A stretch of DNA of 64,000 nucleotides from Bacteroidota bacterium (lineage in GTDB: Bacteria; Bacteroidota; Bacteroidia; Flavobacteriales; Weeksellaceae), in assembly GCA_023411265.1 (NCBI GenBank), contig JAEYOX010000020.1, positions 4,162-68,161 of the forward strand, read 5' to 3'. This document shows positions 9,746-19,531 of the stretch, one piece after another. Below the pieces are notes generated by a model. The model saw only the letters and a program-made list of their open reading frames with translations, was not told the origin of the DNA and ran no database searches. Numbering within the stretch: position 1 is the stretch's first letter; every line of letters starts with the position of its first letter. The translations under genes were made by a program, and so were the position numbers.

Positions 9746-10168
9746 ATGAAAACTCCGATGTACCTTCTAATGCTATTTATTTTCTCCTCACTAATGTCGG
9801 CCCAAAAGATGTCTGATGGGCTTTACAGTGTCACACTGTCTGAGCAGGACCAACGGGATTTTGATTATACAGCATTTTCTACAACGCGCCGAATTAAGCA
9901 GAATACAGGTAATTACACCTTGTATAAACAGGGTAAAGAAATTGCTGCAGGTAACTTTGTAATGCAGACTATTGGTGATAAGGATCCGGAGCTAAATTTT
10001 AATAGAGGCCATTTTACCATTGGGCACAATTTGGTTTATGACCGTGCGAAGAAGACATTCAACTATGGCGGAACTAACTATAAACCTAAAAATACCGATA
10101 CGTTGGAAAATATTATATTAAGCGGAATATTGATCGTGGCAGAGGTGGCGAAATTTGAAGATGAATAA
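9746..10168 (+). CDS. Hypothetical secreted protein
   Basis: 140-aa ORF with a signal peptide (MKTPMYLLMLFIFSSLMSAQ). I recognise no family. It lies in the AT-rich islet. Confidence 0.5.
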   Translation: MKTPMYLLMLFIFSSLMSAQKMSDGLYSVTLSEQDQRDFDYTAFSTTRRIKQNTGNYTLYKQGKEIAAGNFVMQTIGDKDPELNFNRGHFTIGHNLVYDRAKKTFNYGGTNYKPKNTDTLENIILSGILIVAEVAKFEDE

Positions 10169-10241
10169 AGATTTCTTCGTCTACGAAGTACAAAAAATAT
10201 TCTAACTCTTGAGCAAATTATAAACACAATGTTCACGACTC

Positions 10242-10643
10242 ATGAACCCTCTAATCACCGCATTATTTTTTATTTTTTTGTCGTTGGTGAGTTGCGATCA
10301 TAAATCAAAAGCTCCTGAGAGTACACAATATAATAGTGATTCATCTGACAGTGTATCTTTCTATGACTTCAGTTTTATGATGGAAGTGGTTGATGAGCGA
10401 TATGGCGTTGTCGAAAATATTAAGTACGATGGATTTCTAACTCAGAATAAAGACAGCTGCTTTATACAACATCATATTTTTGTTGATGAATCCAATAATG
10501 AGTATAAGGTTCCGAAACAACAAACAATCAGAATTTCTGTGTCCAAAATGGATTCAGTCTACCATATCATTGCAAATACTGTAACTCCAAAATACCTGAG
10601 AAATAAAATCAATACAGAAAGTCCCTCCAATAAAATCCCTTGA
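10242..10643 (+). CDS. Hypothetical lipoprotein
   Basis: 133 aa with a lipobox-like LSLVSC followed by a Ser/Asp-rich linker. I recognise no family. Confidence 0.5.
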   Translation: MNPLITALFFIFLSLVSCDHKSKAPESTQYNSDSSDSVSFYDFSFMMEVVDERYGVVENIKYDGFLTQNKDSCFIQHHIFVDESNNEYKVPKQQTIRISVSKMDSVYHIIANTVTPKYLRNKINTESPSNKIP

Positions 10644-10765
10644 CGATGAATGGAAAATATGCAAAATAAAATTAGATCGGAAACTCAGAGGCAATATCTA
10701 TGAAACTGAAGATCCTAATTATCAATACTTGATTAGATACATTTTAAAGAATTGATACATTAAAG

Positions 10766-11143
10766 ATGGTGGCAGAAATTATTTGGAAAAGATCCTACGC
10801 ATATATTATTGATATAATGATCATTAGTGTTCCTATGTATGTATATATGATTGTTTTTTGGGAGAAATTTATTACAATCACACCGGACAATCTTTTAATT
10901 ACTGCCCTTATGATCCAGTTGCTACCCTTTCTTGTTTATTTTTTTGTTGCCGAAGTTTATTTTGGAAAAACAGTTGGAAAGAAAGCGATGAATCTAAAAG
11001 TTATTGCAGAGAAAAACAGATATAAGTCAGTACTGATAAGAACCATTTGTAGACTGATACCCATGGATCTGATTACCTTTATCTTTTTAGGAGATCGGTT
11101 GTTACACGATTATTTATCTAATACAAAAGTAATGTACCAATAA
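10766..11143 (+). CDS. RDD family membrane protein
   Basis: 125 aa with 3 TM segments. The stretch GKTVGKKAMNLKVI plus a conserved R and D downstream is typical of RDD domain proteins. Confidence 0.6.
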   Translation: MVAEIIWKRSYAYIIDIMIISVPMYVYMIVFWEKFITITPDNLLITALMIQLLPFLVYFFVAEVYFGKTVGKKAMNLKVIAEKNRYKSVLIRTICRLIPMDLITFIFLGDRLLHDYLSNTKVMYQ

Positions 11144-11150
11144 ATTAAAC

Positions 11151-11639
11151 ATGGTAATAATAAAGATAAACAGGCTTTATGTCCCGATATTGATAGGATT
11201 CGTAATGATTGTCAGTTGTGACAAAAAAAGCATATCTCTGGAAAAACAAGTATTAGGTATTATTGATTCTCTTGCGAAGGATAAAAAACATTCATACAAA
11301 CTTTTTACTGTTCAGCAGCAAAGCAAATGGAATAAGAGGTTCATTAAAATATCAACAGCTGAATTTTTTAACATGGATTCTGCAGTATATCATACGTCGA
11401 GCAATGGCAACATCATAGTTTATTATTCTAATATTTTCAATAAGGATCAGAAGCAGGATACAGATATTTATCAGCATTTAAGTTATAAGAAAGAAACCAT
11501 CTCCATTTTTCATCCCAGATATATCATATTAGAAATAAATGAGAATGAGATTTTAAGAGATCTTAATGATGATAAAAAAAGAGCACAACTGTTTCGATAT
11601 GAAGATAGAAATGTACCTGAACCAGTGCGGAGTCATTAA
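11151..11639 (+). CDS. Hypothetical lipoprotein
   Basis: 162 aa with the lipobox VMIVSC. I recognise no family. It starts 8 nt after the RDD gene, so the two are probably co-transcribed. Confidence 0.5.
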   Translation: MVIIKINRLYVPILIGFVMIVSCDKKSISLEKQVLGIIDSLAKDKKHSYKLFTVQQQSKWNKRFIKISTAEFFNMDSAVYHTSSNGNIIVYYSNIFNKDQKQDTDIYQHLSYKKETISIFHPRYIILEINENEILRDLNDDKKRAQLFRYEDRNVPEPVRSH

Positions 11640-11941
11640 AGTGTATTCATATCAGAAATGGAGAATTTGTAGTATGAGTCTTGGTTTTTGCAGATATTCC
11701 ACAGAAAGGGTACCTTTAAATCTACATTCTAAAAACTAACTATGTGCGATGCTCAAAATATCGCTACTTGGAGTAGTCTAATTCCATTTTAACATTCTTA
11801 AAATGCACCTTGCTCAGACAAGACACTTTAAAATGACAAAATTAATTATCATCCATAGTGAACTCATAATTATGCTTCCAATACCTTAGCATTGCGTCCA
11901 TCTCCCTGGCGATAATTGCAAGTTTTCACTAAATTTACACC

Positions 11942-12547
11942 ATGAAAATCATCTGCATCGGAAGAAATTACCGCGAACACGCCGAAGAACTGGGAAATGA
12001 AATCCCGGAAAATCCGGTGATCTTTATGAAACCCGACACTGCCCTGCTGAAAGATCGCGATTTCTATATCCCTGACTTCTCCCACGACATCCATTATGAA
12101 CTGGAAGTGGTCCTGAAAATCTCCGGAAACGGAAAATATATTCTTAAAGAAAATGCTTCCCGGTATTATCATGAAATCGGTCTTGGCATTGATTTTACAG
12201 CACGAGATCTCCAGTCCGAACTGAAATCCAAAGGCCTGCCCTGGGAACTGGCGAAAGGCTTTGACGGATCAGCAGCCGTAAGTTCCTTTTTCCCTAAATC
12301 AGAGTTTGATTTACAAAACCTCAGTTTTTCTCTTCAGAAAAACAAAACGGTGGTACAGAGCGGAAACACCTGCGACATGATGTTTTCATTCGACGAAATC
12401 ATCGCTTTTGTTTCACAGTTTTTCACTCTTCGTGCAGGCGATCTCATCTTCACCGGAACCCCCAAAGGAGTAGGTAAAATAACAGAAAACGACCTGCTGG
12501 AAGCGTGGTTGGAAAATGAAAAAGTAATGGATATAACCATCTGTTAG
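11942..12547 (+). CDS. Fumarylacetoacetate hydrolase (FAH) family protein
   Basis: 201 aa. It begins MKIICIGRNYREHAEELGN and ends with GDLIFTGTPKGVG, a typical small FAH-fold protein. Confidence 0.85.
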   Translation: MKIICIGRNYREHAEELGNEIPENPVIFMKPDTALLKDRDFYIPDFSHDIHYELEVVLKISGNGKYILKENASRYYHEIGLGIDFTARDLQSELKSKGLPWELAKGFDGSAAVSSFFPKSEFDLQNLSFSLQKNKTVVQSGNTCDMMFSFDEIIAFVSQFFTLRAGDLIFTGTPKGVGKITENDLLEAWLENEKVMDITIC

Positions 12548-13128
12548 GAAAGGTAAACAGTAGTATCCCTTAATTTCTGAGCACAGTCGGAAGCGCAGAT
12601 CAATCCGACAGCCATCATAATGACATCCTTCAACACAAGGCGTCCCGCACCTGACAGATAGGGAAAGCCGTGTTGGGGAGTAGGAAAATCACCGCCCAGA
12701 TTGGGAACGAACACTTCAGGTGTGGTAATCAGAAAGGAAAGAGTCACCAAAGACATCCCGAAAGTGAGCATCCCGCCCCAGAATCCTATCCTGGGAAACC
12801 ATATTCCGAGAAAAGTGAGCACCCCGATAACAACAATCACTGCGCCCAACCCGTATGAGAACACATAGGTTCCGTTTTCGGTGTGCCACTCGATATTCTT
12901 CTGAACCGTTTTGCCTTCGGGATTTTTAAATTCTTGGTATTCTGGTGCCTCTTTTGCAAAGAAGAATGACATCAGCGGACTGTTAGCTACAAATGGCACA
13001 ATACCGTCTGCTTCGTACTGGTATATTTTCAACCCGCCAATCCACACCATCACAATCAGAATTGCTGCACGCGCAAGATTAATAAAATGCCTTTGACCGA
13101 TAGCGATGAAATTAATAAAGGATTTCAT
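12544..13128 (-). CDS. DUF417 (YkgB/RclC-like) membrane protein
   Basis: The pattern RAAILIVMVWIGGLKIYQYEADGIVPFVANSPLMSFF is characteristic of DUF417. I trimmed the start to the ATG at 13128 (MKSFINF). A TAagTTTG box lies upstream on the minus strand. Confidence 0.7.
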   Translation of the reverse strand: MKSFINFIAIGQRHFINLARAAILIVMVWIGGLKIYQYEADGIVPFVANSPLMSFFFAKEAPEYQEFKNPEGKTVQKNIEWHTENGTYVFSYGLGAVIVVIGVLTFLGIWFPRIGFWGGMLTFGMSLVTLSFLITTPEVFVPNLGGDFPTPQHGFPYLSGAGRLVLKDVIMMAVGLICASDCAQKLRDTTVYLS

Positions 13129-13253
13129 GATTTTTATAAAAATTTTAAGAAAGACAAACTTATGAAAAATAAGCAAGATTGGAATTCCAATGTTTCTAAC
13201 AACTTGCACAAATCAGCCCGATAAAATACCTTTACAGCTTAATAAACCATCTC

Positions 13254-13904
13254 ATGACAACAATACTTTCAAACGAATTTTCCCTGATAAATTCGTGGAT
13301 CAATGCGCTTCGGAATGTGAACACCCAGCAGGACCGAATGAAGTTCCGAAGAAATCTGGAACGCATTGGCGAAATTGCTGCCTACGAAATCAGCAAAGGT
13401 ATGAAGCAGATCGAATTTGAAATTCAGACGCCTCTGGATACCATTACGGTCAAAGATATTGCCGTGCAGCCTGTAATTACCACCATACTGAGAGCGGGAG
13501 TTCCCCTTTTTCAGGGCATTTTAAATTACTTCGACGAAGCCGATTGTGGTTTTGTTGCCGCTTATAGAAAACACGATGACAACGATTACTTCTCCATCAA
13601 ACAGGATTATCTTACCTGCCCGAATATCGACGGACGCCCTCTCATTGTAGCCGATCCCATGCTGGCAACCGGGGCCAGTCTCATAGAAGCATTGAAAGAT
13701 CTTCTGAACCACGGACAGCCTTCACAACTGCACATTGTAGCCGCCATTGCCAGCAGAGAAGGCGTGGAAACATTGGAAAAAGCATACCCTGAAGCCCGCA
13801 TTTGGGTGGGTGCCATGGATGACCATCTTACTAACAAAGGGTACATCAGTCCGGGATTGGGCGATGCCGGAGATCTGAGTTACGGAGAAAAACTGCAGCG
13901 TTAA
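13254..13904 (+). CDS. upp: Uracil phosphoribosyltransferase
   Basis: It has the PRPP-binding motif LIVADPMLATGAS and the C-terminal uracil-binding motif YISPGLGDAGD. Confidence 0.9.
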   Translation: MTTILSNEFSLINSWINALRNVNTQQDRMKFRRNLERIGEIAAYEISKGMKQIEFEIQTPLDTITVKDIAVQPVITTILRAGVPLFQGILNYFDEADCGFVAAYRKHDDNDYFSIKQDYLTCPNIDGRPLIVADPMLATGASLIEALKDLLNHGQPSQLHIVAAIASREGVETLEKAYPEARIWVGAMDDHLTNKGYISPGLGDAGDLSYGEKLQR

Positions 13905-13939
13905 CAAAAAATCAGATATCAGATTTAATACGATCCCAA

Positions 13940-14590
13940 TTAATCCAAAGCCATAACCAGTACACTTACAGTGTTATTCCCAGACTTCAGGATTTCCCAG
14001 GCGACAGCACTCATGGTGTTCCCTGTCGTGAATACGTCGTCAATAATCAAAACATGACGGTGCTGAAGGGGTTTGTTCAGTGAGAAAAGATTTTCGGTCT
14101 GTTTCCGGTGGGATTTGTCCTGCAATGCCTGCGCTTTTCTGTTATAGTTTCGTCTGATCAGTTCATGATCAAAAGGAATCTGCCATTGTTCGGATAGTTT
14201 CTCCGTGAAACGGTGGAGTTGATTATACCCTCTTTTCTTGAGTTTTTGGTGGTGAAGAGGCGCGGTCACCAGAAGTTCAGGTTTTTTTGTCCCGAAATCT
14301 ACCCGCTCCGCTGTCCAGTCGGCGATTACGAGACCGGCTTTTTCTCTGCCATTGTATTTTAGCACATGAATGATTTTCCGTGAAAGGCTTTCCTCCTCAA
14401 AATGCATCAGTGCAAAGGCATGTTGTACCGGAAAGAGAAGCGTACACCTCTGTTTCAGTTCATTGTCATCTAAGAAATTCCAGTGCGTAAAGTGAATCTG
14501 AACAAAACATAATTCACACACCAGTTGACCACCCTGAATGATGCTGTTGCAATGCAGACAACGGTTCGGAAAAAGCAGATCCAATAACAT
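13940..14590 (-). CDS. ComF family protein (phosphoribosyltransferase-like)
   Basis: It has an N-terminal Cys pair (CLHCN...CELC) and the C-terminal PRT motif VLIIDDVFTTGNT. I trimmed the start to MLLDLLFPNRC at 14590. Confidence 0.8.
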   Translation of the reverse strand: MLLDLLFPNRCLHCNSIIQGGQLVCELCFVQIHFTHWNFLDDNELKQRCTLLFPVQHAFALMHFEEESLSRKIIHVLKYNGREKAGLVIADWTAERVDFGTKKPELLVTAPLHHQKLKKRGYNQLHRFTEKLSEQWQIPFDHELIRRNYNRKAQALQDKSHRKQTENLFSLNKPLQHRHVLIIDDVFTTGNTMSAVAWEILKSGNNTVSVLVMALD

Positions 14591-14650
14591 GGAATAAAGA
14601 TAATTAATTCTGCGAAATGTGACACTTCCATCCTCAATCCAAAAAAACTG

Positions 14651-14658
14651 TACCTTTG
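14651..14658 (+). promoter_or_regulatory. -7 element TAccTTTG upstream of queD
   Basis: The consensus match ends 5 nt before the ATG at 14664. It lies inside the longer track ORF, which supports the trimmed start. Confidence 0.45.
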
Positions 14659-14663
14659 TACCC

Positions 14664-15107
14664 ATGATACGCATCACCAAAATTTTCACCTTTGAAACCG
14701 CCCATGTTCTCTACAATTACGACGGCAAATGCAAGAATATGCACGGTCATTCCTACAAACTATTTGTAACTGTGAAAGGAACTCCGATCAATGATCTGGA
14801 TCATCCAAAAAACGGCATGGTGATTGACTTTGGTGACATTAAAAAAATTGTAAAAGAAGAAATTACCGAAATTTGGGATCATGCTGTTCTCGTTCACGGC
14901 GGATCGCCTCACATAGAACTGGGCCAAGATCTGGAACAGAAAGGCCACAAGGTCATTTACTGTGATTTCCAGCCTACCTGCGAAAATATGCTCTACGCTA
15001 TAGCTTCCAGAATAAAATCCCGTTTGCCGAAAGGAATTTCCTTGGCCTATCTGAAACTGCACGAAACCGAAAATTCCTATGGCGAATGGATCGCCGAGGA
15101 AAATTAG
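14664..15107 (+). CDS. queD: 6-carboxy-5,6,7,8-tetrahydropterin synthase
   Basis: It has FTFETAH and CKNMHGHSY, the PTPS/QueD catalytic Cys-His motif. About 147 aa. Confidence 0.85.
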   Translation: MIRITKIFTFETAHVLYNYDGKCKNMHGHSYKLFVTVKGTPINDLDHPKNGMVIDFGDIKKIVKEEITEIWDHAVLVHGGSPHIELGQDLEQKGHKVIYCDFQPTCENMLYAIASRIKSRLPKGISLAYLKLHETENSYGEWIAEEN

Positions 15108-15111
15108 TCTC

Positions 15112-15891
15112 ATGAAAATCAATTTAGCGTCTCATAAAAAAATTTATTTCGCTTCCGATCAGCATTTCGGAGCACCCAATCCCGCAGAGAGCAAACTGCG
15201 CGAAGATAAATTCATCCGCTGGCTGAACGAAATTAAAGCCGATGCCCAGGTTCTTTTTCTCATGGGCGATCTTTTCGATTTCTGGCACGAATGGAAATAT
15301 GTCATACCCAAAGGGTTCGTAAGGGTACTTGGAAAACTGGCTGAACTGAAAGATTCAGGTATTGAAATCCATTTCTTTATCGGCAACCACGATCTCTGGA
15401 TGAAAGATTATTTTGAGAAGGAAATAGGAGCTTCCGTCTATTTTGAAAAACAATATGCAGAGATTTCAGGAAAACAGTTTCTTCTGGCTCATGGTGACGG
15501 ACTGGGCCCAGGCGATAAAGGCTACAAAAGGATGAAAAAACTATTTACCAATCCACTGGCGCAATGGGCTTTCAAATGGCTGCATCCCGATATTTCGATG
15601 AAAATTGCCCTTTATTTTTCACAGAAAAACAAGATGATTTCGGGGGAGGAAGACAAAGAATTTCTGGGAGAAGACAAAGAATTTCTCATCATCTATTCCA
15701 AAGAGAAACTGAAAACACACAAAATAGATTATTTCATCTACGGCCACCGACACCTTCCCATGGTACTGGATCTGAACCAAAATGCGGCAAAATATGTGAA
15801 CCTGGGTGACTGGATTTCGTATTTTACCTATGGCGTTTTTAACGGACAGCAGTTTGAACTGAAAAGTTTTGAAAACAAATCTTCTTCATAA
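15112..15891 (+). CDS. lpxH: UDP-2,3-diacylglucosamine diphosphatase
   Basis: It has the calcineurin-like metallophosphoesterase motifs FASDQHFG, GDLFDFW, GNHD, HGD and GHRH. I trimmed the start to MKINLASHKK. Confidence 0.8.
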   Translation: MKINLASHKKIYFASDQHFGAPNPAESKLREDKFIRWLNEIKADAQVLFLMGDLFDFWHEWKYVIPKGFVRVLGKLAELKDSGIEIHFFIGNHDLWMKDYFEKEIGASVYFEKQYAEISGKQFLLAHGDGLGPGDKGYKRMKKLFTNPLAQWAFKWLHPDISMKIALYFSQKNKMISGEEDKEFLGEDKEFLIIYSKEKLKTHKIDYFIYGHRHLPMVLDLNQNAAKYVNLGDWISYFTYGVFNGQQFELKSFENKSSS

Positions 15892-15925
15892 TAAATTTGC
15901 GATAAAAAGTAAATTCCGGAGCTGA

Positions 15926-16897
15926 ATGAATGACATTTTCAATATTAAAACAGAGGAAGATTTCAGGCGTCATTGTTTGGAAACCTTTCGTTATCAGTAT
16001 GAACAGGTGGATATTTATAAAAAGTTTGCAGATTATCTGAATATTCGTCCAGATGAAATTCATACGATTGAGCAGATTCCCTTTCTCCCGATTGAGATGT
16101 TCAAAAATCATTTCATTATGGACCGTTCTTTTGCTCCGGGATCTTATTTTCAAAGTTCAGGAACTTCGCAAAGTCTCCGTTCTAGGCATTATATTGCTGA
16201 TTTTAAACTTTACGAAGAGAGTATTTACCAGAGTTTTTCACGGTTCATCGGCGACCCGGAAGATTTTATTTTTCTTGGTCTGCTGCCCAGTTACTCGGAA
16301 AACCAGCACTCATCTCTCATTTACATGGTCAATTTTCTGATGAAAACCTCAGGCAGGTCCGAAAACGGTTATTTTCTATACAATCATAGCGAACTTCTGG
16401 GCGTGCTAGAAACTCTGAAAAAACAACAGAAAAAAGTCATCCTTTTCGGAGTATCTTTCGCTCTACTCGATTTTTTAGAATATGTTTCGGGCTTCCACTT
16501 TCCTGATATCACAGTGATAGAAACTGGAGGGATGAAGGGTCGAAAAGAGGAAATAACAAAAGACGAACTCCTTTCTCTTCTAAAAAACGGATTCGGTACA
16601 GCAAGGATATTTTCTGAATATTCAATGACAGAACTGCTTTCTCAGGCCTATTCTTTGGAGAACAACAAATACCGAAGTCCTCCATGGATGAAAATTCTGA
16701 TTCGCGATCCTGAAGATCCCTTGCGTTTTCTTCCCGAGGGAAGAACCGGTGCCGTCAATATTATTGATCTTGCCAACCGCCATTCCTGTTCTTTTATTGC
16801 AACACAAGACCTGGGAAAATCAACAGGCGATACCTTTCAAATCCTTGGAAGAATGGATCACTCGGATATCCGTGGCTGCAGTTTGCTGGTTACATAA
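15926..16897 (+). CDS. LuxE-like acyl-protein synthetase / acyltransferase family protein
   Basis: 323 aa. The overall pattern (FLPIEMFK, SSGTS, ETGGMKGR) resembles the acyl-protein synthetase LuxE family, which is widespread in Flavobacteriia. Confidence 0.6.
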   Translation: MNDIFNIKTEEDFRRHCLETFRYQYEQVDIYKKFADYLNIRPDEIHTIEQIPFLPIEMFKNHFIMDRSFAPGSYFQSSGTSQSLRSRHYIADFKLYEESIYQSFSRFIGDPEDFIFLGLLPSYSENQHSSLIYMVNFLMKTSGRSENGYFLYNHSELLGVLETLKKQQKKVILFGVSFALLDFLEYVSGFHFPDITVIETGGMKGRKEEITKDELLSLLKNGFGTARIFSEYSMTELLSQAYSLENNKYRSPPWMKILIRDPEDPLRFLPEGRTGAVNIIDLANRHSCSFIATQDLGKSTGDTFQILGRMDHSDIRGCSLLVT

Positions 16898-17047
16898 ACA
16901 TTACTATCGCACTTTTAACATGCTGAATATATGTATATTACAAAATAGAAAAACAATTATATAATGAATAAAATTAATTTTGTAATTCTTTTTTAGTAAT
17001 TCAGCGCATCTTTGTATCACAGTTTTGTTTCACCAAAAAACCACGAC

Positions 17048-17461
17048 ATGAAAAAGATGATTTACATTCTGTTGGTTCTTACTACAGGTTCTTTGTACAG
17101 TCAGAGTTTTATGAATATTTCATTCGCCGGATTGTCGAACGGTACTGAAGAAACAATTACTGAAGAAGAATTTGAACTCAGAAATTTCAAGAATCTGGAT
17201 CTGAAATCCGCACTTGATTTTTATATTTCCTACAAACTGGATTACAGCATTATCAAAGGAAAAGATCAGTCCAGCACATTACTGACATTGAATTTTGATG
17301 ATAACGGAACACTGAAAAGTGTGTCAACCATCGGAGCTAACCCCACCCTGAATACCGCCGTTGAGAAAATATTCAACGAGCAAACAGGCCAGAAAATCTC
17401 ATTGATTCAGGAGGCAGGATTGACTGGTCAGTTGCATATTCCGGTAACCGTCCAACATTGA
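17048..17461 (+). CDS. Hypothetical secreted protein
   Basis: It has a signal peptide (MKKMIYILLVLTTGSLYSQ). I recognise no family. Confidence 0.45.
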   Translation: MKKMIYILLVLTTGSLYSQSFMNISFAGLSNGTEETITEEEFELRNFKNLDLKSALDFYISYKLDYSIIKGKDQSSTLLTLNFDDNGTLKSVSTIGANPTLNTAVEKIFNEQTGQKISLIQEAGLTGQLHIPVTVQH

Positions 17462-17492
17462 AACATTAAACCTCAAAATAAACTGTTATTCT

Positions 17493-17520
17493 AAAACCGC
17501 TCATCCGCAGCGGTTTTTTT
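17493..17520 (+). terminator. Rho-independent terminator
   Basis: AAAACCGCT-CATCCGC-AGCGGTTTTTTT forms a 7-bp stem followed by a T7 run. Confidence 0.7.
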
Positions 17521-17546
17521 CGTGAAAACAAGTCCAGCATTTTCAC

Positions 17547-17554
17547 TACTTTTG
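17547..17554 (+). promoter_or_regulatory. -7 element TActTTTG upstream of the ABC-F gene
   Basis: The consensus match lies 30 nt upstream of the ATG at 17585, inside the longer GTG-initiated track ORF. Confidence 0.4.
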
Positions 17555-17584
17555 CAGCCTGAAACTCATCTATATCATTACACT

Positions 17585-19525
17585 ATGCTTTCAGTTCAGG
17601 GATTAGGTCTGCATCATGCGGGAAATTATCTTTTTCGCAATGTTAATTTCACTATAAAAAAAACCGATAAGATCGGTCTGGTCGGAAAAAACGGAGCCGG
17701 GAAATCAACCCTGCTGAAGATCCTTTCGGGAGAAATCAATTTCTTTGAAGGACAGGTGGTTCCGGAAGGCAATATAACGATTGGCTTTTTGAAGCAGGAT
17801 CTGGAATTTGTAAAAGGTCGCACCGTTTGGGAAGAAACCCAACAGGCATTTGAACAGATCAACCGCTGGAAGGAGGAATTGGAGGAAGTAAACCATCAGC
17901 TGGCTACCCGAACTGATTATGAGAGTGAAGCCTACCATCAGGTCATTCTCAGAATGACAGATCTGAACGATCTACTGCACCATCACGATGCTTACAATCT
18001 GGAAGGCGATATGGAGAAAGTACTGTTGGGACTTGGTTTCAAAGCTGAGGATTTCGATAAAATAACGGATACTTTTTCCGGAGGATGGAGAATGAGAATA
18101 GAACTTGCTAAACTCTTGCTTCAGAACAACGACCTGCTGCTGCTCGACGAACCTACCAACCACCTCGATATGGAATCCATCATCTGGCTGGAGAATTTCC
18201 TGAAAGAATACAGCGGAGCCATCGTGTTGGTAAGTCACGACAAGCAATTTATGACGGCCGTTTGTAACCGCACTTTCGATGTCAACAACAGGAAAATCGA
18301 CGACTACAAAGCCAACTATACCAAATATCTGGAATTGCGCGCCGAAAGAAGAGAAAAACTGGAACAGGCGAAGAAAAATCAGGATACGGAAATTAAACAA
18401 ATGGAAGACAACATCAACCGTTTCCGCGCCTCTGCTACCAAAGCCTCTTTTGCACAGTCACTGATCAAAAAGCTGGATAAAATAGAAAGAATAGAACTGG
18501 ACAACGAGGATGTTTCTAAATTCAACATCCGTTTTGTACAGTCGGTAATTCCCGGCAAAGTTATTTTTGAAGCTGAGAATCTGGGAAAATCCTACGGAAA
18601 TAAAAAAGTATTTGACGGGGTCAATTTCTTCGTGGAACGTGGCGAACGGATCGCTCTTCTGGGCCAGAATGGACAAGGGAAAACCACTTTGGCAAAGATT
18701 CTTACGGGCGATATTACAGATTACACCGGGTCATGGACTTTGGGACACAATGTGAACATCGGCTATTTTGCTCAAAATCAAGAGGAAGTACTCACACCCG
18801 GCAAAACCGTTCTTCAGGAAGCAGAAGATGCCGCCACCGAAGAAACCAGACCCCGCGTAAGGGATCTGCTGGGAAGTTTTCTTTTTTCCGGCGAAGATGT
18901 AGAGAAAAAAACGCAGGTACTTTCCGGAGGGGAAAGAAACCGCCTGGCACTGTGTAAACTTTTGCTGCGCCCGTTCAATACTCTCATCATGGATGAACCT
19001 ACCAATCACCTTGATATTCAGTCTAAAGAAATCATCAAGATGGCTTTGCAGAAATTTGAAGGAACACTAATCGTCATTTCCCACGACCGGGAATTCCTGC
19101 AGGGACTGGCAGATAAGATTTTTGAATTCCGGGATGGACACATGAAAGAGTTCCTCGGATCTGTAGATGAGTATCTGGAATACCGCGAAAAAGAAAGTCT
19201 GCGAGAAATTTCTATAGAAAAGGCCAAACTGGATTCCAAAACCACAGGTGAAGCGATCAAAACAGAAACTCGTACAGAAATTAAAAACAATCCTGAAACA
19301 ACTCCCGTTCAGTTTGTAAGCAAAGAACAGAAACAACTTCAGAACAAACTAAAAAAAACAGAAGAGAAAATTGCAGACTATGAAAGAGAAATTCTGCAAC
19401 TGGAAGTTATCTTCGGCAAAACAAATCCTAATGAAGAAGAGCTCTCGCGCTACGAACAGTTGAAAAAAGAACTTCAGGAAACCATGGCACTTTGGGAAGA
19501 AATTGCTCTTCAGCTTGAGGAATAA
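17585..19525 (+). CDS. ABC-F family ATPase (translation-associated ABC ATPase, no TM domain)
   Basis: It has two ABC cassettes: Walker A GKNGAGKST and GQNGQGKTT, and signatures FSGGWRMR and LSGGERNR. A coiled-coil charged C-terminus follows. Confidence 0.9.
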   Translation: MLSVQGLGLHHAGNYLFRNVNFTIKKTDKIGLVGKNGAGKSTLLKILSGEINFFEGQVVPEGNITIGFLKQDLEFVKGRTVWEETQQAFEQINRWKEELEEVNHQLATRTDYESEAYHQVILRMTDLNDLLHHHDAYNLEGDMEKVLLGLGFKAEDFDKITDTFSGGWRMRIELAKLLLQNNDLLLLDEPTNHLDMESIIWLENFLKEYSGAIVLVSHDKQFMTAVCNRTFDVNNRKIDDYKANYTKYLELRAERREKLEQAKKNQDTEIKQMEDNINRFRASATKASFAQSLIKKLDKIERIELDNEDVSKFNIRFVQSVIPGKVIFEAENLGKSYGNKKVFDGVNFFVERGERIALLGQNGQGKTTLAKILTGDITDYTGSWTLGHNVNIGYFAQNQEEVLTPGKTVLQEAEDAATEETRPRVRDLLGSFLFSGEDVEKKTQVLSGGERNRLALCKLLLRPFNTLIMDEPTNHLDIQSKEIIKMALQKFEGTLIVISHDREFLQGLADKIFEFRDGHMKEFLGSVDEYLEYREKESLREISIEKAKLDSKTTGEAIKTETRTEIKNNPETTPVQFVSKEQKQLQNKLKKTEEKIADYEREILQLEVIFGKTNPNEEELSRYEQLKKELQETMALWEEIALQLEE

Positions 19526-19531
19526 AATTTG

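Noticed and set aside
9413-11941. Direct repeats flanking the AT-rich islet (for example aaattaatt in both flanks).
   Set aside because: The matches are short AT-only strings, which are expected by chance in AT-rich spacers.
12544-12547. 4-nt overlap of the convergent stop codons of the FAH and DUF417 genes, and the 10-nt convergent overlap at 47957-47966.
   Set aside because: Small convergent overlaps are common in compact genomes, and there is no evidence of functional significance.
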